From assembly GCF_009914755.1 (NCBI RefSeq), contig NC_060929.1: DNA of 64,000 nucleotides; one strand, 5' to 3'. Shown here one piece after another: positions 17,108 through 29,399 of the stretch; position 1 is the stretch's first letter; the number at the start of each line of letters is the position of its first letter. Both the position numbers and the translations under genes were made by a program. The DNA comes from the human T2T-CHM13v2.0 reference genome, Homo sapiens. Under the pieces are notes generated by a model. The model saw nothing but the letters and a program-made list of their open reading frames with translations. It made no database searches and was not told the origin of the DNA.

Positions 17108-17479
17108 CCTATAGAAAAAACTTCTAAAACATGAATTAGTTGCCAACATTTAAAAACCAGGAAATTTCACAGAGAAACGAATCAAAGCTGGAGCGGAGTC
17201 AGATTCCCTCTCTAGTGGGGCTGTGTGCTCTCCCCCTGTCTTCACTACTCCCTACCTTCTTTCGCTTTGTTTAGAGTCTTTGAGGCCCATGTGATCCGCT
17301 GGGGTGGCAGGCCTGCCTAACTCTCACTGTTCTGCCTGATTCCTGTGGGGACATTGGGATCTCTGAAGTCAGTGACTAAAATCAATTCTAGCTCTCTGAT
17401 TCTGGGGTATTTTAACAAGTCATTGCTGAAACATTGCAGAGTATTCCTCTATCGTGATACTCAAAGTACCTACAAATGC

Positions 17480-17800
17480 TCTGAGGACATTGTTAAGATG
17501 CAGATTCTAATCCAGTAGGTCTGGTATGGGGCCTGAGAGGTTGTATTTCCATCAAGCCTCCCTGTGATGTTGATGTGCAGACCACATTTTGCAGCAAGGC
17601 CCCCTACTTGCCTCCGAATTCTCTTCCGTTAGAGTTTTGGAGATTAGAGTCAGCCAGGGAGTGTTTTAAAAATATACCAATACCCAGTCTGCATGCCCAG
17701 AGATTTGAATTATTTAGTTTGGGGTGGGCCCAGGGATTGGTATTTTTTTTAATGTCTCAGATTATTCTAATATGTCTTCAGGATTAAGAACCACTGCACT
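17480..17800. mobile_element. Two adjacent MER5-family (hAT-Charlie) MITE remnants
   Basis: ATGCAGATTCTAATCCAGTAGGTCTGG..GGGGCCTGAGA and TTTGGGGTGGGCCCAGG..ATTCTAAT..AGAACCACTG. Confidence 0.65.
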
Positions 17801-17801
17801 G

Positions 17802-18079
17802 GGCCGGGTGCGGTGGCTCACGCCGGTAATCCCAACATTTTGGGAGGCCGAGGCAGGTGGATCACAAGGTCAGGAGATCAAGACCATCCCGGCCAACATG
17901 GTGAAACCCCATTTCTACTAAAAATACAAAAATTAGCTGGGCGTGGTGGTGTGTGCCTATAATCCCACCTACTCAGGAGGCTGAGGCAGGAGAATCGCCT
18001 GAACCAGGGAGTCAGAGGTTGCAGTGAGCCAAGATTGCACCATTGCACTCCAGCCTGGTGATACAGCGAAACTCCATCT

Positions 18080-18118
<39 letters not shown>
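17802..18118 (+). mobile_element. AluSc-like element with a ~38-nt pure A tail
   Basis: GATCACAAGGTCAGGAGATCAAGACCATCC; degenerate TSD AACCACTGCACT/AACTACTGCACT. Confidence 0.93.
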
Positions 18119-18119
<1 letters not shown>

Positions 18120-19724
18120 ACACGCACACAAACAAACTAACTACTGCACTAAGTGGCATTCATCCTCAATATCAAACTTCAGCTTCTAGGCTGAATCTTA
18201 GCTTTAATATAAAGACATTAAATTTGTGTTGTTTTAAAAGGATAGACCATAGTGGTTACTGAGAGAGTTAGTGCGTTGCAGAGGGGCCCCTTGGTACCTC
18301 AGTTGAGTCCCACTTTCCCACCCATCTAAGTACCTTCAAGCTGCTGCTGCTCAGATTTCTGAGCCAGTTCTGTCACTTCATCAGCTGCCCTTGGCTTTGA
18401 ACCCCCAGGAACAAAACCTGGTTACATCTCTCATGCCTTGGCTCACTGGCCTGAATTTCTCAACTTCAAAGTGAAAACCTTCTAACAAACTTTTAACACA
18501 AGCCTCCATGTCTCTCTCCAAGGACTCCTGAGGCCTGGCACACCTTTTCAAGTTTATTCACTTCCACCTACATCCTTACAATAATCTAGGAGGGCTCAAC
18601 AGAGGGACTGGAGGTCAGGAGCGACCACAAAGAGAAAACATCTAGATGAAGTCTTTAAGAATAAAAAGAAGTCATTCTTTTAACTGAATAAGGTGAAGAT
18701 GGCCACTCCTACATCTTAATAGACAAAGCCATATAAAAACAAGGAATTGTGTCTTTGCCCTTAGTTCCCGGTATGGAAATGTCCCATATTTGATACATGC
18801 TTGATAAATCCCTGTAAGTTAATTCATGGAGTGGAGTTGCTTCTGTGAGACTGCTTGTTCTGACCAAGTGAAATCAGGTGTGGAAGGCAACTACGGCTTA
18901 ACTGCGTTTAAGTGAGACTCCCTGAACCTGCTCACAGCCTGGGCCTGGCTGTCCCTATTTCTCCTCGGCTCCCTGAATGCATTTCTTTTAGTGCACTGAG
19001 GGAAAGGTACACGCATGACTGTTACTTCTTGCCCCATCCCTTCTACACATACACATATCTTTCCTCTTCCCTGGTTTCTAGGTTTGGGCTCCAACTCTTA
19101 GTATGAAGACCATTTGTAAGCATACCTCGCTGAAAAATATGGTGAAAATTATTCCACACATAACATCACTTACACCTATCCACCTCACTTCCTCCAGGAT
19201 ACGGGGCTTTGTTTTCCAGAAACTGCCAAGAATTTATGACCTTGAACCTGTTGACAGGTAGTTGAGGAATGGGATCTTAGAGTCTGTGGGAAAGGAGTAT
19301 GCCACTCCCTGGACCACTCTGGGCCCAGGACACACCCTCTACACTTCCCCTATGCCCCAAGGCCTTTCAGAAGCTGAGAAACAGCCAGAGGCTTGATAGC
19401 TGTCCTATTTAGAGACAGGCTGGACTCTTCCCACCCCTATCTTCAGAGGAATGGAACTAGAACTTACTACTTCTTGGTGCCTATAAAAACAGGCACATGA
19501 CTTTTTTGGTCTCTCAGAACTACTGCCTCTTTCCTGATGAAGAAAAGAGGGCAAGATGACTTGGCTCGGTGGGGGAGTTTGCTCTCTCCTCTGAAAGTTT
19601 TGTGATATTTCTCTTCCTTCATTTTGTTGTCCAAAATCTTCCATCTCCCAGCTAGAATGTTATTATAGAATTCATAAGGCCTGTCTGCTGAGAGAAGTTT
19701 AAAAGAATACTCATGTAGAAAGTC

Positions 19725-19835
19725 CAATAAATGTTTAATAAGCATCACCACAAGCTAGGAAGGGACACTGGAGACAAAGTGGTGAATAAGATGGCATGGC
19801 CCTTGCCCTCTCCCAGCTTACAGTTTAGGGAGAAC
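19725..19835 (-). mobile_element. L2 fragment
   Basis: GGTGAATAAGA..GGCCCTTGCCCTC..AGCTTACAGTTTAG. Confidence 0.55.
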
Positions 19836-19949
19836 TAATTTGCATTATTTAGTATACCGGAGCCCATGCAACTGAAGACAATATTGTTTGGAGTGGAATT
19901 GACCAACAGGCTTCAACTTATTTACAATTATATAGATTTTAACTTTTTG

Positions 19950-21000
19950 CTTTGCCATTTTCAATTCTCCCTGCCAGTCTTAGTTATACTAAGATTTACT
20001 TCTTTCTTCTCGGGATCTTAATTTTGATTCATCAATTAGCCAGGGTACATCCTCAAATAATTTTTTCAAGATGAAATACATAGGAGGTGTATTTTTGAAA
20101 TCTTTGTCTAGAAATGTACTTCTGTTGCCTTAACAGATGAAAAACAATGTGTATAATATTCTTAGTTTATAAATTTTCCCTTCAACATCTTGTAAACACA
20201 GCACCATTATTTTTCTGGCATTTACAGTTGCATAAACAAGTTGAAAGTTTCTCTGATTTTGTTCATTTGTGGTTATATTTTTCTGGCTAGATGCATGCAG
20301 ATTTATTCACTTATCCTTGTAATTCAAGGTTTTGCTAGTTTTTTTTTTTTCCAGAATATTCTTTGGCTGAACCAAGGGGCTCTTTTCATCTATGAATCCA
20401 GGATCTTTTTTCTTCCCTGAAAAATTCTTTTTCATCATGATTATCACTTCTGTTCTAACTAATCTAGTTTATACACTTAATCTTAGCCCAAAGGCTGAGA
20501 AGCAATTAACTAACTACTCTAGGGTTTTTTTAATAAAAGAAATCTGCAGTTCTTGGTTGGCTCTCTGTATCCTTTGAATAATAGTTTCTTACCCACCATT
20601 TCTTTATTCATTTTAACATATTTCTTTTCCCCTGCTTTTCACTATCTTCTGGAACAATTTCTAGGCTTATCCTCCACATTACTGATTTAAATTCTACCCT
20701 GTTAGTTCTGCTGTTTATGACGCTGATGCAGATTTAAATTGTGCTACTCCAAGTATTGTTTCCTTGCAGTCCTATTTTACCACTCCCACTTCCCTTTCTT
20801 CTCAACATTTTCATTTTTATGTTGTATCATGTGGTATAGTTGTTGTATTGTTAGCCCTTCACTTCACAATGTTCCCATCTATGGCTTTCTGTTTCTGTTT
20901 CATTAAGGTCATGTATTATTGAGGATGCTATTTTCTAAAAATGAATTTAACTATTTTCTAAAAATTTATCCTTCCAGTAAGTCATTTCTATTATTATGCA
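19950..21000 (-). mobile_element. Ancient L1M/HAL1-like remnant
   Basis: T-rich degenerate sequence resembling antisense L1 ORF1/HAL1 (TATAATATTCTTAG..TTTTCCCTTCAAC..TTCTGGCATTT). Confidence 0.45.
20472..20506 (-). pseudogene. 3'-truncated U2 snRNA retrocopy (nt 1-35)
   Basis: Reverse complement ATTGCTTCTCAGCCTTTGGGCTAAGATTAAGTGTA versus U2 ATCGCTTCTCGGCCTTTTGGCTAAGATCAAGTGTA: 31/35, with two CpG-decay changes. Confidence 0.85.
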
Positions 21001-23927
21001 GTCCCTCTAAGTCGTAGTTCTAAAGGTATCAGAATTATCTGGGGAATGTGTGAGATTGATTTCTGGCCCCCTCCTGAGAGATACTGAGATTCAGCAGGCT
21101 ATGCTGGCACAGATGGTGCCCAGAACTCAAGCAGTTCCATGGTCCACTGGATTGCAGGTTCCGTTACCTTAGGTCTGTGAGACAGATGTGCACAGCATAT
21201 AGCACAATTCCTGGTTACTCGCAGGCAAGCATTACATTGGCTCTGCTGGAAAGACATATAATTTTTCTCTCCTACTTTCAAGACTTGATCTTTGACATGC
21301 TAGACCAATCAAATACATTAAAAACTCAGATCCCCCGCAAGCACACTACCAGAGATTTTTGTCTCTGCCCTTGTCTACAGTGCTTTACGTGAGGAACCTA
21401 AATCAGCAATGCTCTACCACTGTCAGTCCCTAGCTGGGCTCTACCTGAACAAGCATATGTTGAGGTGGAGGAGGCAGCCAGGAGTTCCATGCTCAGCAGG
21501 GTGCCTACATCTTGTGTCTCTGAACAAAGCAGAAAAGGAAAGCAGAGAACAGTGTGTGAGATCTTCCACCCCATCTCAGGTGAGTGAATACAGCTGCCTT
21601 ATGTTACAAAAGAAAATGCAGCTAATTTGTGGATATTTTGCTAGATTATTCCTTCCCTTCAATTTGGATCCAGCAGCTATATTAATAATGCCTCTTTATC
21701 AAGTTGGAAGCTAAGAGAGGTAGCATCAGTTGCTAATAGATAGGTAGCACATTCCATAGGAAACGAAACTTATCAAGAATAATCCAAAATGGAATATAGG
21801 ATGCTTTGGAAAGGGGGGAAAAAGGAGGGTAAGAAAATGGACTCTTCTTACCCAGTTGTTCTCACAATTGTGCTCCAATATCCAGGTGGTTGCAGATCAT
21901 TCCTTTTACTTGTCTTTCTTTTCCTTTCGTCTTGTATATTACCACGGAGCTTTCTCTTATTTCTCCTCCTCCCTTTCAAACCAGACTGTCCCTGGAAGGA
22001 AATTTCATGCTCTACTTCCTCTAGTCCTAGAACCTCAGAGCTCTTTGGAAGACTCTTTCTTTGCCCCAGGGAACTTACTTAAACCTGCCTCAGCAGCAAG
22101 TGCCTTTCCTCAGGTAGATGCAAATACTGCTGCTTTCTATCAATTTCTTTTCTACCCACACACTTTTCCAATTACCTCCCCGAGCCTCCTTCTCTCCCCC
22201 ATGCCACCTGGCTCCTTATACAGCTGTCATCACTTAGGTATATATTTTGTGCTTATGTGACTTATGTTATTGTGTATTTCCATTATATCTGTCCTATTTC
22301 CAGTTATATTGCACACTCATTTGGTCTTCCATCTCCTTTGTAACTTCTCACAGTCTGTTGTATGTGCCCACACATGGAGGTCCCTCAGATTGAGATGATT
22401 ACATATTTCCTTTTGCACACACACCCCCAACTATAATGACAGGTCTTTTTCTTCTGCAGTTTCTCTGTTTCTTAACCATTTCTAATTTCCCTGGTACTAG
22501 AAGTCAGAAAACCTTTGTTCTTCTCCACTTGTTTCTACTACCCTGTAACTTTATTTGAGTCATTTAACATTGGTGAGCTGTGGACTCTAACACACCTTTC
22601 CAGGGTGAGGTGGGGGGTGGGGTGAGGATTATAATGGCTTCCCCTTAGGGTTTCTGGTCACTACTGCTAATGAGTTCCCACTGGGTTCCAAGGTCAGCTG
22701 AGGTTTCAGAACTCCTGATCAGCAATTTTTTTGTTGTTTGACATTCCCCTGTTTCTGGGTCACTAGAGTACATATTGACTGAGATGTCTTCCTGCCTTCA
22801 CAACAGGTGAGCATAGCTCTTCAAATAGGAAGCCCTTGGCCTTATAAAAGTCATAAGAAACACTGTCTGCAGGGTGTCTGAGGTCTCTGGAGGCCAGCAA
22901 TACCTCTTCTGAGCACACTGGTTTAAAGGGCAGGATGGGAAAGGACATCCTGAATGATACAGGCAAGTCTTTCCATATGGGGAGGAGGAATACAGCCCAT
23001 GGTTCAAGCTCCCACTTATATTCCCTGCCCAGAACCAAATCATTCCCAAATTCTCAAATTGGTTATAGTACTAAACCCCCAGTGCAGTCATACAGTATCT
23101 TCTATGGCTGCTATTTCATTGCAAAATATTGTGTACTTAGCCTTTATCCTAGGGTAGCTCAGTGGTGTCAAATTCCTTCCAGTAATAGCATTGGCTTTTC
23201 CAGTGCCTGATTCCAAATGAATCATATATGGTCTTATTTCTGAAATTGACATCAACTGATGTTAGGCCCAAGGTTTATATAATAGCTAAGATGTTTATGG
23301 ACACTATCCCAATATAACCTTCTCTCAAGCCACAGTGTCCTCTCCAATGAGAGTTGAGTTGCAGTTCTAGGTGTCTACTGCTGGCTGGAGCCTCACTCAG
23401 TTTCTAGACATTCAAATCTAAGTCTTAGCATACTACGTGGTACAAAGTAGGTCCTCAAAAATATCTGTGGAGTAAAGGAATACATAAGCCCCAAGAGGAA
23501 TCTTGATGAAAAATTATTTTCTAATTTCAGTGTGAAGTATATGGAAAGACTGGTTCTCTCCTCCAGATAGCAAGTGATTAAGAACAGCCAATTCCCTCAT
23601 TCTCAAGTGTGACTTGGGCTGGAATACAGAGAGGGTTCCAACTTGCTAAGCAGTCTTGTTAACTCGATTCTCCCATTGCAGTTTCCTTTGGTGCCAGCTC
23701 CAATTGGCAGTTCCTGGAAGTTCCCAGCAACAGCATCTCCTGATGATGGTAATTACTATTGGCTGTTCTGGGAATGGCAGCCACTCCTATAAAATCTTCA
23801 GCGTCTGTTATGTCCCTGAAGATGCACCATGCAACATTTTCAGCACCATTCCTACAGAGCAGTCCAAAGCTGGAGCACTGCTCTTCGAGCAACTTCCATT
23901 TGTGGTTGCTCCAAGGCCTCAGCTGCC

Positions 23928-24515
23928 TTGCTGCTCAAAGTGTGGTCCATGGACTGGAAACACTGGAATCACTTGGGAGATTGTTAGAAAGGCAGGACCT
24001 TGGACTACACCCCAGACCTACTGAAACAGAATCTGCATTTTAACAAGATCCCAGGTGTTTCCTATGCACATTAAAGTTCAAGAAACATTTCCCCACTACA
24101 GTTCTAATTCAATAGGTCTAGGTCTAGGGTGGGGCCCCAAATTCTGCATTTTTGAACAAGGCCCTAAGTGATGATGCAGCTAGTCCAGGGACCACCCTTC
24201 AAGTAGCAGAGTTTAGATTCATTAGGGAAGAAAGAGTATGTAAATTCCCCACTCACCACCACCACCACCATCATCACCATCACCTGTGGCTGCTCCCAAA
24301 GGCAAGGGACAGATGACCAGTGCTTCCTTAGCCCACCAGGACACTGTTTTTCAGTCCCAGCTGCACACCAGACAGAATCACCTGGGCAGTTTTTAACAAT
24401 ACTGACTCCTTGGCCCATCACCAGAGTGTCTGGTTTGAATGATGTGGGAAGGAACCCAAATATTGGAATTGTTCAGCAATTCCTTAGGTGATTCTAATGG
24501 ATGGAAAACTACTGG
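23928..24515. mobile_element. Cluster of three MER5-family MITEs (~23928-24090, ~24100-24210, ~24340-24515)
   Basis: CTCAAAGTGTGGTCC..CCCCAGACCTACTGAAACAGAATCTGCATTTTAACAAGATCCC; TAGGTCTAGGGTGGGGCCC..GGACCAC; AGAATCACCTGGG..AGGTGATTCTAAT. Confidence 0.75.
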
Positions 24516-25339
24516 TCTTGGGTGAGCTCTTAAAATTAGTAAGGATGCTCTCTGCTTCCACCTTCCACCAAATTCTCTTACCTCTCTTGCAGGTCTAATC
24601 TCTTGTATCTGAAAGATTTTAGCTAAATTCCTAATTCTGCTTCAAGTGCAACAAGAACACTTGTGTAAATCAATTTCTACCAGTGCCTGGGTAGTATTCT
24701 AAGAAAACTCTAATAATGACTTGATGGTGCACTAGACAGATGATTCCCTTTCACAAGCTTCATGAAACTAATTCTGTAAAGTGCCACTCTTTAAACAACT
24801 CCAGGAGAAACCCTCGGTCTTCCTGTTTCACAAGTTGAGAGGAATTTCCTAAGAGAAAAACATGAGATTCAGCTTTCCTGTATCCTTGAGTTTCATCCTT
24901 AATCTCCAAGCTGGTTTATCAATTTTTTCTCACATCACTTCATTATATTTTATAGTCCTGTGGTCTTCTCAGGGAATTCCCGCAGGAGTTCCCTGGCTCC
25001 TCTCTTCATTCCTGAGGGCAGTGCTGGAGTTAGAGGGTGACAATTAATTACTTCCCTGCTTTTCTGCTCCAAGCCCCAAAGCAGTTGACAGGTAGACAAG
25101 AGAGGCTGGAGCTGTAAGCTGGGGCCAAGAATGTCTGCTCTATTGCTGATAAAGCTAGATGAAGAGCCCCAGTCTGCACCTAAGATTTCTCACACAGCCC
25201 TACTTAACATTTCCCAACCAAATTGCAGCCTCTCCCTTTGCCAAGACAAAGTCCAGTCCCAGAAAACTTCCAGAGACAGAGAAACCTTGCTTCTTGGAAA
25301 GTGAGAATGGAAGGGGTTGAACTGAACGTGTCCATTTCT

Positions 25340-25780
25340 CCATCCCAAACTCACCAATCAGAGAAGCAGGACGAGCAGAAAGGACGTCATCTTCCCAACA
25401 CACAAAGAGGTGGCGGCAAAATGTCCCGCTGTAGGGTCAAGATGGGAACTCCAGGAGCGAGACTTACCACCAGGAGGTGGCCATCTTGCTCAGTGCTCCT
25501 CAGAAAGCAGGTGGCTGAGCTACAAATCCTGATTGGCCTTCAGAGATCTGGCAATGAAACAGCCAGCCAATCAGGCTCTCCCCTCAGTGCCACGGCCAAG
25601 CCCCTGTGAGGTCGCCCTGAGAGCACCATGAGTCCACTGTCTAGCCTGACAGTGGTTATCAGATGTGATGGACTTGGGGAGGGTTCCTATTTGCAGTAGA
25701 AATGTGGAGTGTTTTAAAAGAAATATATTTCTCTGGCATTTACACTCGGCCAGTGGCATTCTGTGTGGGCCAATGAGACC
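25340..25780 (-). promoter_or_regulatory. Candidate CCAAT/NF-Y promoter with a short first exon (minus strand)
   Basis: CCAAT at 25354, 25532 (reverse), 25567 and 25770; GACGTCA; minus-strand CAAGATGGC (YY1-like) followed by GTG|GTAAGT donor at 25467. Confidence 0.45.
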
Positions 25781-27204
25781 TTCAAAAGGGGCTGTAATTG
25801 AAAGAAGAAGTGCTAGGTGCCAAGCAGTTTTCCAGTAAAATGACTTAACAAGTCGTGGGTTTGTGGTGGGGGGGAGATATGCATGGGGAGGGGACCAGAA
25901 GAAGGGACAGACTTTTAAGAAGTCACTGGAAAATATTGTCTAGCCTAATTCCAGGGTAACAATACGAGTCCAAGGCCCTCTCTGCTTTGCTAAATGGAAC
26001 TGTGGCTGAGGGGAGGAAGGGAGGGAGGGAGACTGGTGCCCACAGAGCAGGGAGGGCTTGAGGTTCACAGTGGATACATTGCTGACATTAAGCCAAGACC
26101 CAGCTAATTGCCTATGATTGTTTTCTCTTTTCACATTTACTCATCTAAGCTGGGGATGTCTCCCAGGCACCACAGATATAATTAGAGTTGGGTTTCTGTG
26201 TCTCTCAGACTTGGGCTCCTCTTTAAAAAGTTAGCAGAAATATAGAAATCTTTGGTTTTAAAAATATTCAAATGATTTTCTAGAAGCATCCTCAAAGTCA
26301 ATAGATGTAAGTTTCATAGCAACTTATTTTCTAAAAATGAAAACAGAAAGTGGAAAGTCAGTACCATGAGGGGTGCAGAAAAATGGAAGCTAAGTAACTG
26401 TTCTATATAATTAATTGCATAAGGTATGGCTGTTTTCATTACCAAGTAGCCCTGAAGCCCCTTTAAGCTAATTAATGCAGCTAGAAGCAGTCAGGGATGT
26501 AGTAAGGGAAGTGAGATCTGCCTGATCCATTGCTATAAACAGGCCCTGTATTAGGACTTACGTATTTGTTTTCTTTTATTCCTCTGAACAAAAATACTTA
26601 AACTGTAAGTGGGGACTTTTCACAGCACAAAACTTGCATCATATGTTTAAAAGCTGTGGCAAAGTCATCTTTCGGCAGAAGTTGTGTAGCCTTAAACAAA
26701 TCATGCCCTGGTGTGCGTCCTTCAGTAGAGGGATGGTTCTCAGGTTTACCATATGGTGCATGCAGTCAGTCTCATGACTCATTTTGGACTTGGCACTGGG
26801 AAGGGTTCAGAAAGGTGCAGAACATGCAAATGGCTTTGAGGATGAGTGCTCACTCCCCAGTACGGGGATATCCCCGCCTGCATACAAATAGTCCAGGCCA
26901 CTGTTTTCCAAACATAACAAACCTACAATGCTGTACCCTCTAGAAACTTCTGGATGCTCAGCAGTTCACCTCCTGGTTTAGTCCAAAACATTATGTCCAA
27001 AACATAATCTCTTTTTGAAGGACATTTAAGAAAATGCATTTTAAGCTTCACATTGGTCTCTTGATTTGTAATGACTTTCTCAAATATGTTTGAGAGGAGA
27101 TGAAAGGAATTTTAAACTAGGTGGATTTCACAAAGTGAATTGGCTTCATCTGTGTACTCATGAAAACCATGAGCTTGAAAAGATCCTAAATGTCAACCAA
27201 AACA

Positions 27205-27241
27205 CCACTGCAGATATGGAAGATCCACTGCAGATATGGAA
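27205..27241. repeat. Tandem duplication, 17 bp identical, period 20
   Basis: CCACTGCAGATATGGAA at 27205 and 27225. Confidence 0.9.
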
Positions 27242-27486
27242 ACCCACATGGGCATACAACCTATTCTGGAACAGGCCTGAAATAGCTCAACTTCACGGAG
27301 TGCTTCAAAGCACTGCTGCAATTTTCTAAAAGTCTTTTGGTTAAGTAACAATGCTAAAGAAAAATAGAATTTTCCATGAACAGAAAAATAATGTTCAAGT
27401 TTATATCAGAGCAGGAATCAGCTTTTCTTTTCTGTGAATAACATTTGGGCCTGAAGCCAATAAATGTACCATTTGCATCCTGGTTT

Positions 27487-27490
<4 letters not shown>

Positions 27491-27536
<46 letters not shown>
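27491..27536. repeat. (AC)23 microsatellite
   Basis: Seen directly. Confidence 0.97.
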
Positions 27537-27538
<2 letters not shown>

Positions 27539-27987
27539 GGGAGGGTTTCTTACCCTGAGTATGAATCCCACTGGCTTGTCTTCAGAATGCAAACTGTAGG
27601 TCTAAGAAGTCATATGGTTTAATTTCAAGAACCTACTCAGGATTTGTCCGGGATGTAATGTACATGTTTCCCTAATCCTGTTTGGTTTTGCTAATATATA
27701 TAATGATATCTTTAAGCTTGTGCCTAAGCTATGCCCACCACTGGGGGTCCAGTGAACAGCTAGGGCAGCCTAACCAAGCCAACGTGCGTAAGAACTGTGG
27801 ACCCTATAGGATGAGTGAAGGGATCAAGGATCAGGAAGAGTTTGCCTCAGTCAGAAAAATCCTAGTTGTAGAATGGGAAGGAGGAATGTTGGACCACATA
27901 CTGCTTTTATTTTATGACATTCCCCAACTGGACTCAGGTCTCACTTCTGGAGAAAATTGGCTGATGGTTAAACACTGAAAGAGCTCT

Positions 27988-28490
27988 ATGTGGTGGGCAT
28001 TTGTTGCTTTGTTTGCCTGGAACAGCACTGTCCTCTTTTTAGTAGGATTCTGATGGGGCTGCCAACCATAGTTCCTAATGCTTTGGCCACAGTGAATGGT
28101 CCAGTGATGGGCATACGACCGAACCATAGTCAATAGGCTCTTTCCTAAGATATTCCCTTTAAGAGCCCTCTGAGTTTTGTGGTTCTGAAGCTTTGAGGAT
28201 GTAGGCCTAGGACTGGTGTTAGTGTTGAAGCTTCCAGCTTCATAGGGGCAAGTCTAAGGGAATAAGTTTAACACAGAGAAACAGAGACAAAACAACAACA
28301 ACAAAAAAAAAAGGAAACGAAGAGAGAAGAAGTGAGTTCTCTAACACTTGAGATTCTGAATCCAGTGGTTGCTGAAACGCTCTACCCACTGCCTTTTCCC
28401 TACTTTGGTTATATCAATCAATCAATAGCCTTCCCTTTGGTTAATTTAGGTTTCTAAATTTAAAATTGGGTTTCTCTGCCCCTGTATAAA
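27988..28490 (+). mobile_element. LTR16-like ERVL LTR remnant
   Basis: GGCCACAGTGAATGGTCCAGTGATGGGCATACGACC..; TTGGGTTTCT near the 3' end. Confidence 0.5.
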
Positions 28491-28832
28491 ATGTTGAGAA
28501 CACAAACTGTGCCATTTGGGAGCTTCTCTAACAGAGGATTCACAAAAACCTCCTTGCCTCTGACTATTGTAAAACTTATGCTTCTCTGAGAATAAAAGAG
28601 GGTGCTATTAACAATTAACAATTATATGAGGACAACGGGCATAAGCTAGAAATATATGGCCACCCTTAGTGAAGGATCAAACTTGGCTTGTTGTTGTGGT
28701 TGGTGCCCAGCAGAATAGTGGCAAAGACTGTAATACCTGGTGGGGAACTGAGGTATCTGGTAAGAGATGGTGAACTCAGTTGGAGTGGACCATTCATGAG
28801 CTTGGAGGAACACTGAAGAAAACTCCTGGTCT

Positions 28833-29183
<351 letters not shown>

Positions 29184-29399
29184 TTATGAGCATGACATGA
29201 CTATTTGTGCCCATAGCTGACAAGACCTGGGGACATTCAAGTTACAAACAGTAAACACAGAAAACTATGGCTCATTTTCTTTTGAAAGCTCAGCATGTGG
29301 ACCATGCTTCTCTGAAAAAGTATCTCTGATGCCCAGGGTAAGCCCCCAACACCCACATTTATAGATTGTGACAATTGCCCTTCGTTTATAGTTCATTAG

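Larger units (their letters stand above)
16125..17185. mobile_element. MER102-like hAT-Charlie remnant split by LTR insertions
   Basis: GGGCAAAATCTGTCC on the left; GAATTAGTTGCCAACATTTAAAAACCAGGAAATTTCAC on the right. Confidence 0.45.

Noticed and set aside
25468-25484. MATSW start resembling the N-terminus of ENTPD5 (MATSWG..)
   Set aside because: Only five residues match, and the sequence continues TGG TAA or splices; no other ENTPD5-like sequence is seen.
25223-25609. 128-aa plus-strand ORF over the candidate promoter
   Set aside because: Non-ATG start and no recognisable homology; the motif layout fits a minus-strand promoter better.
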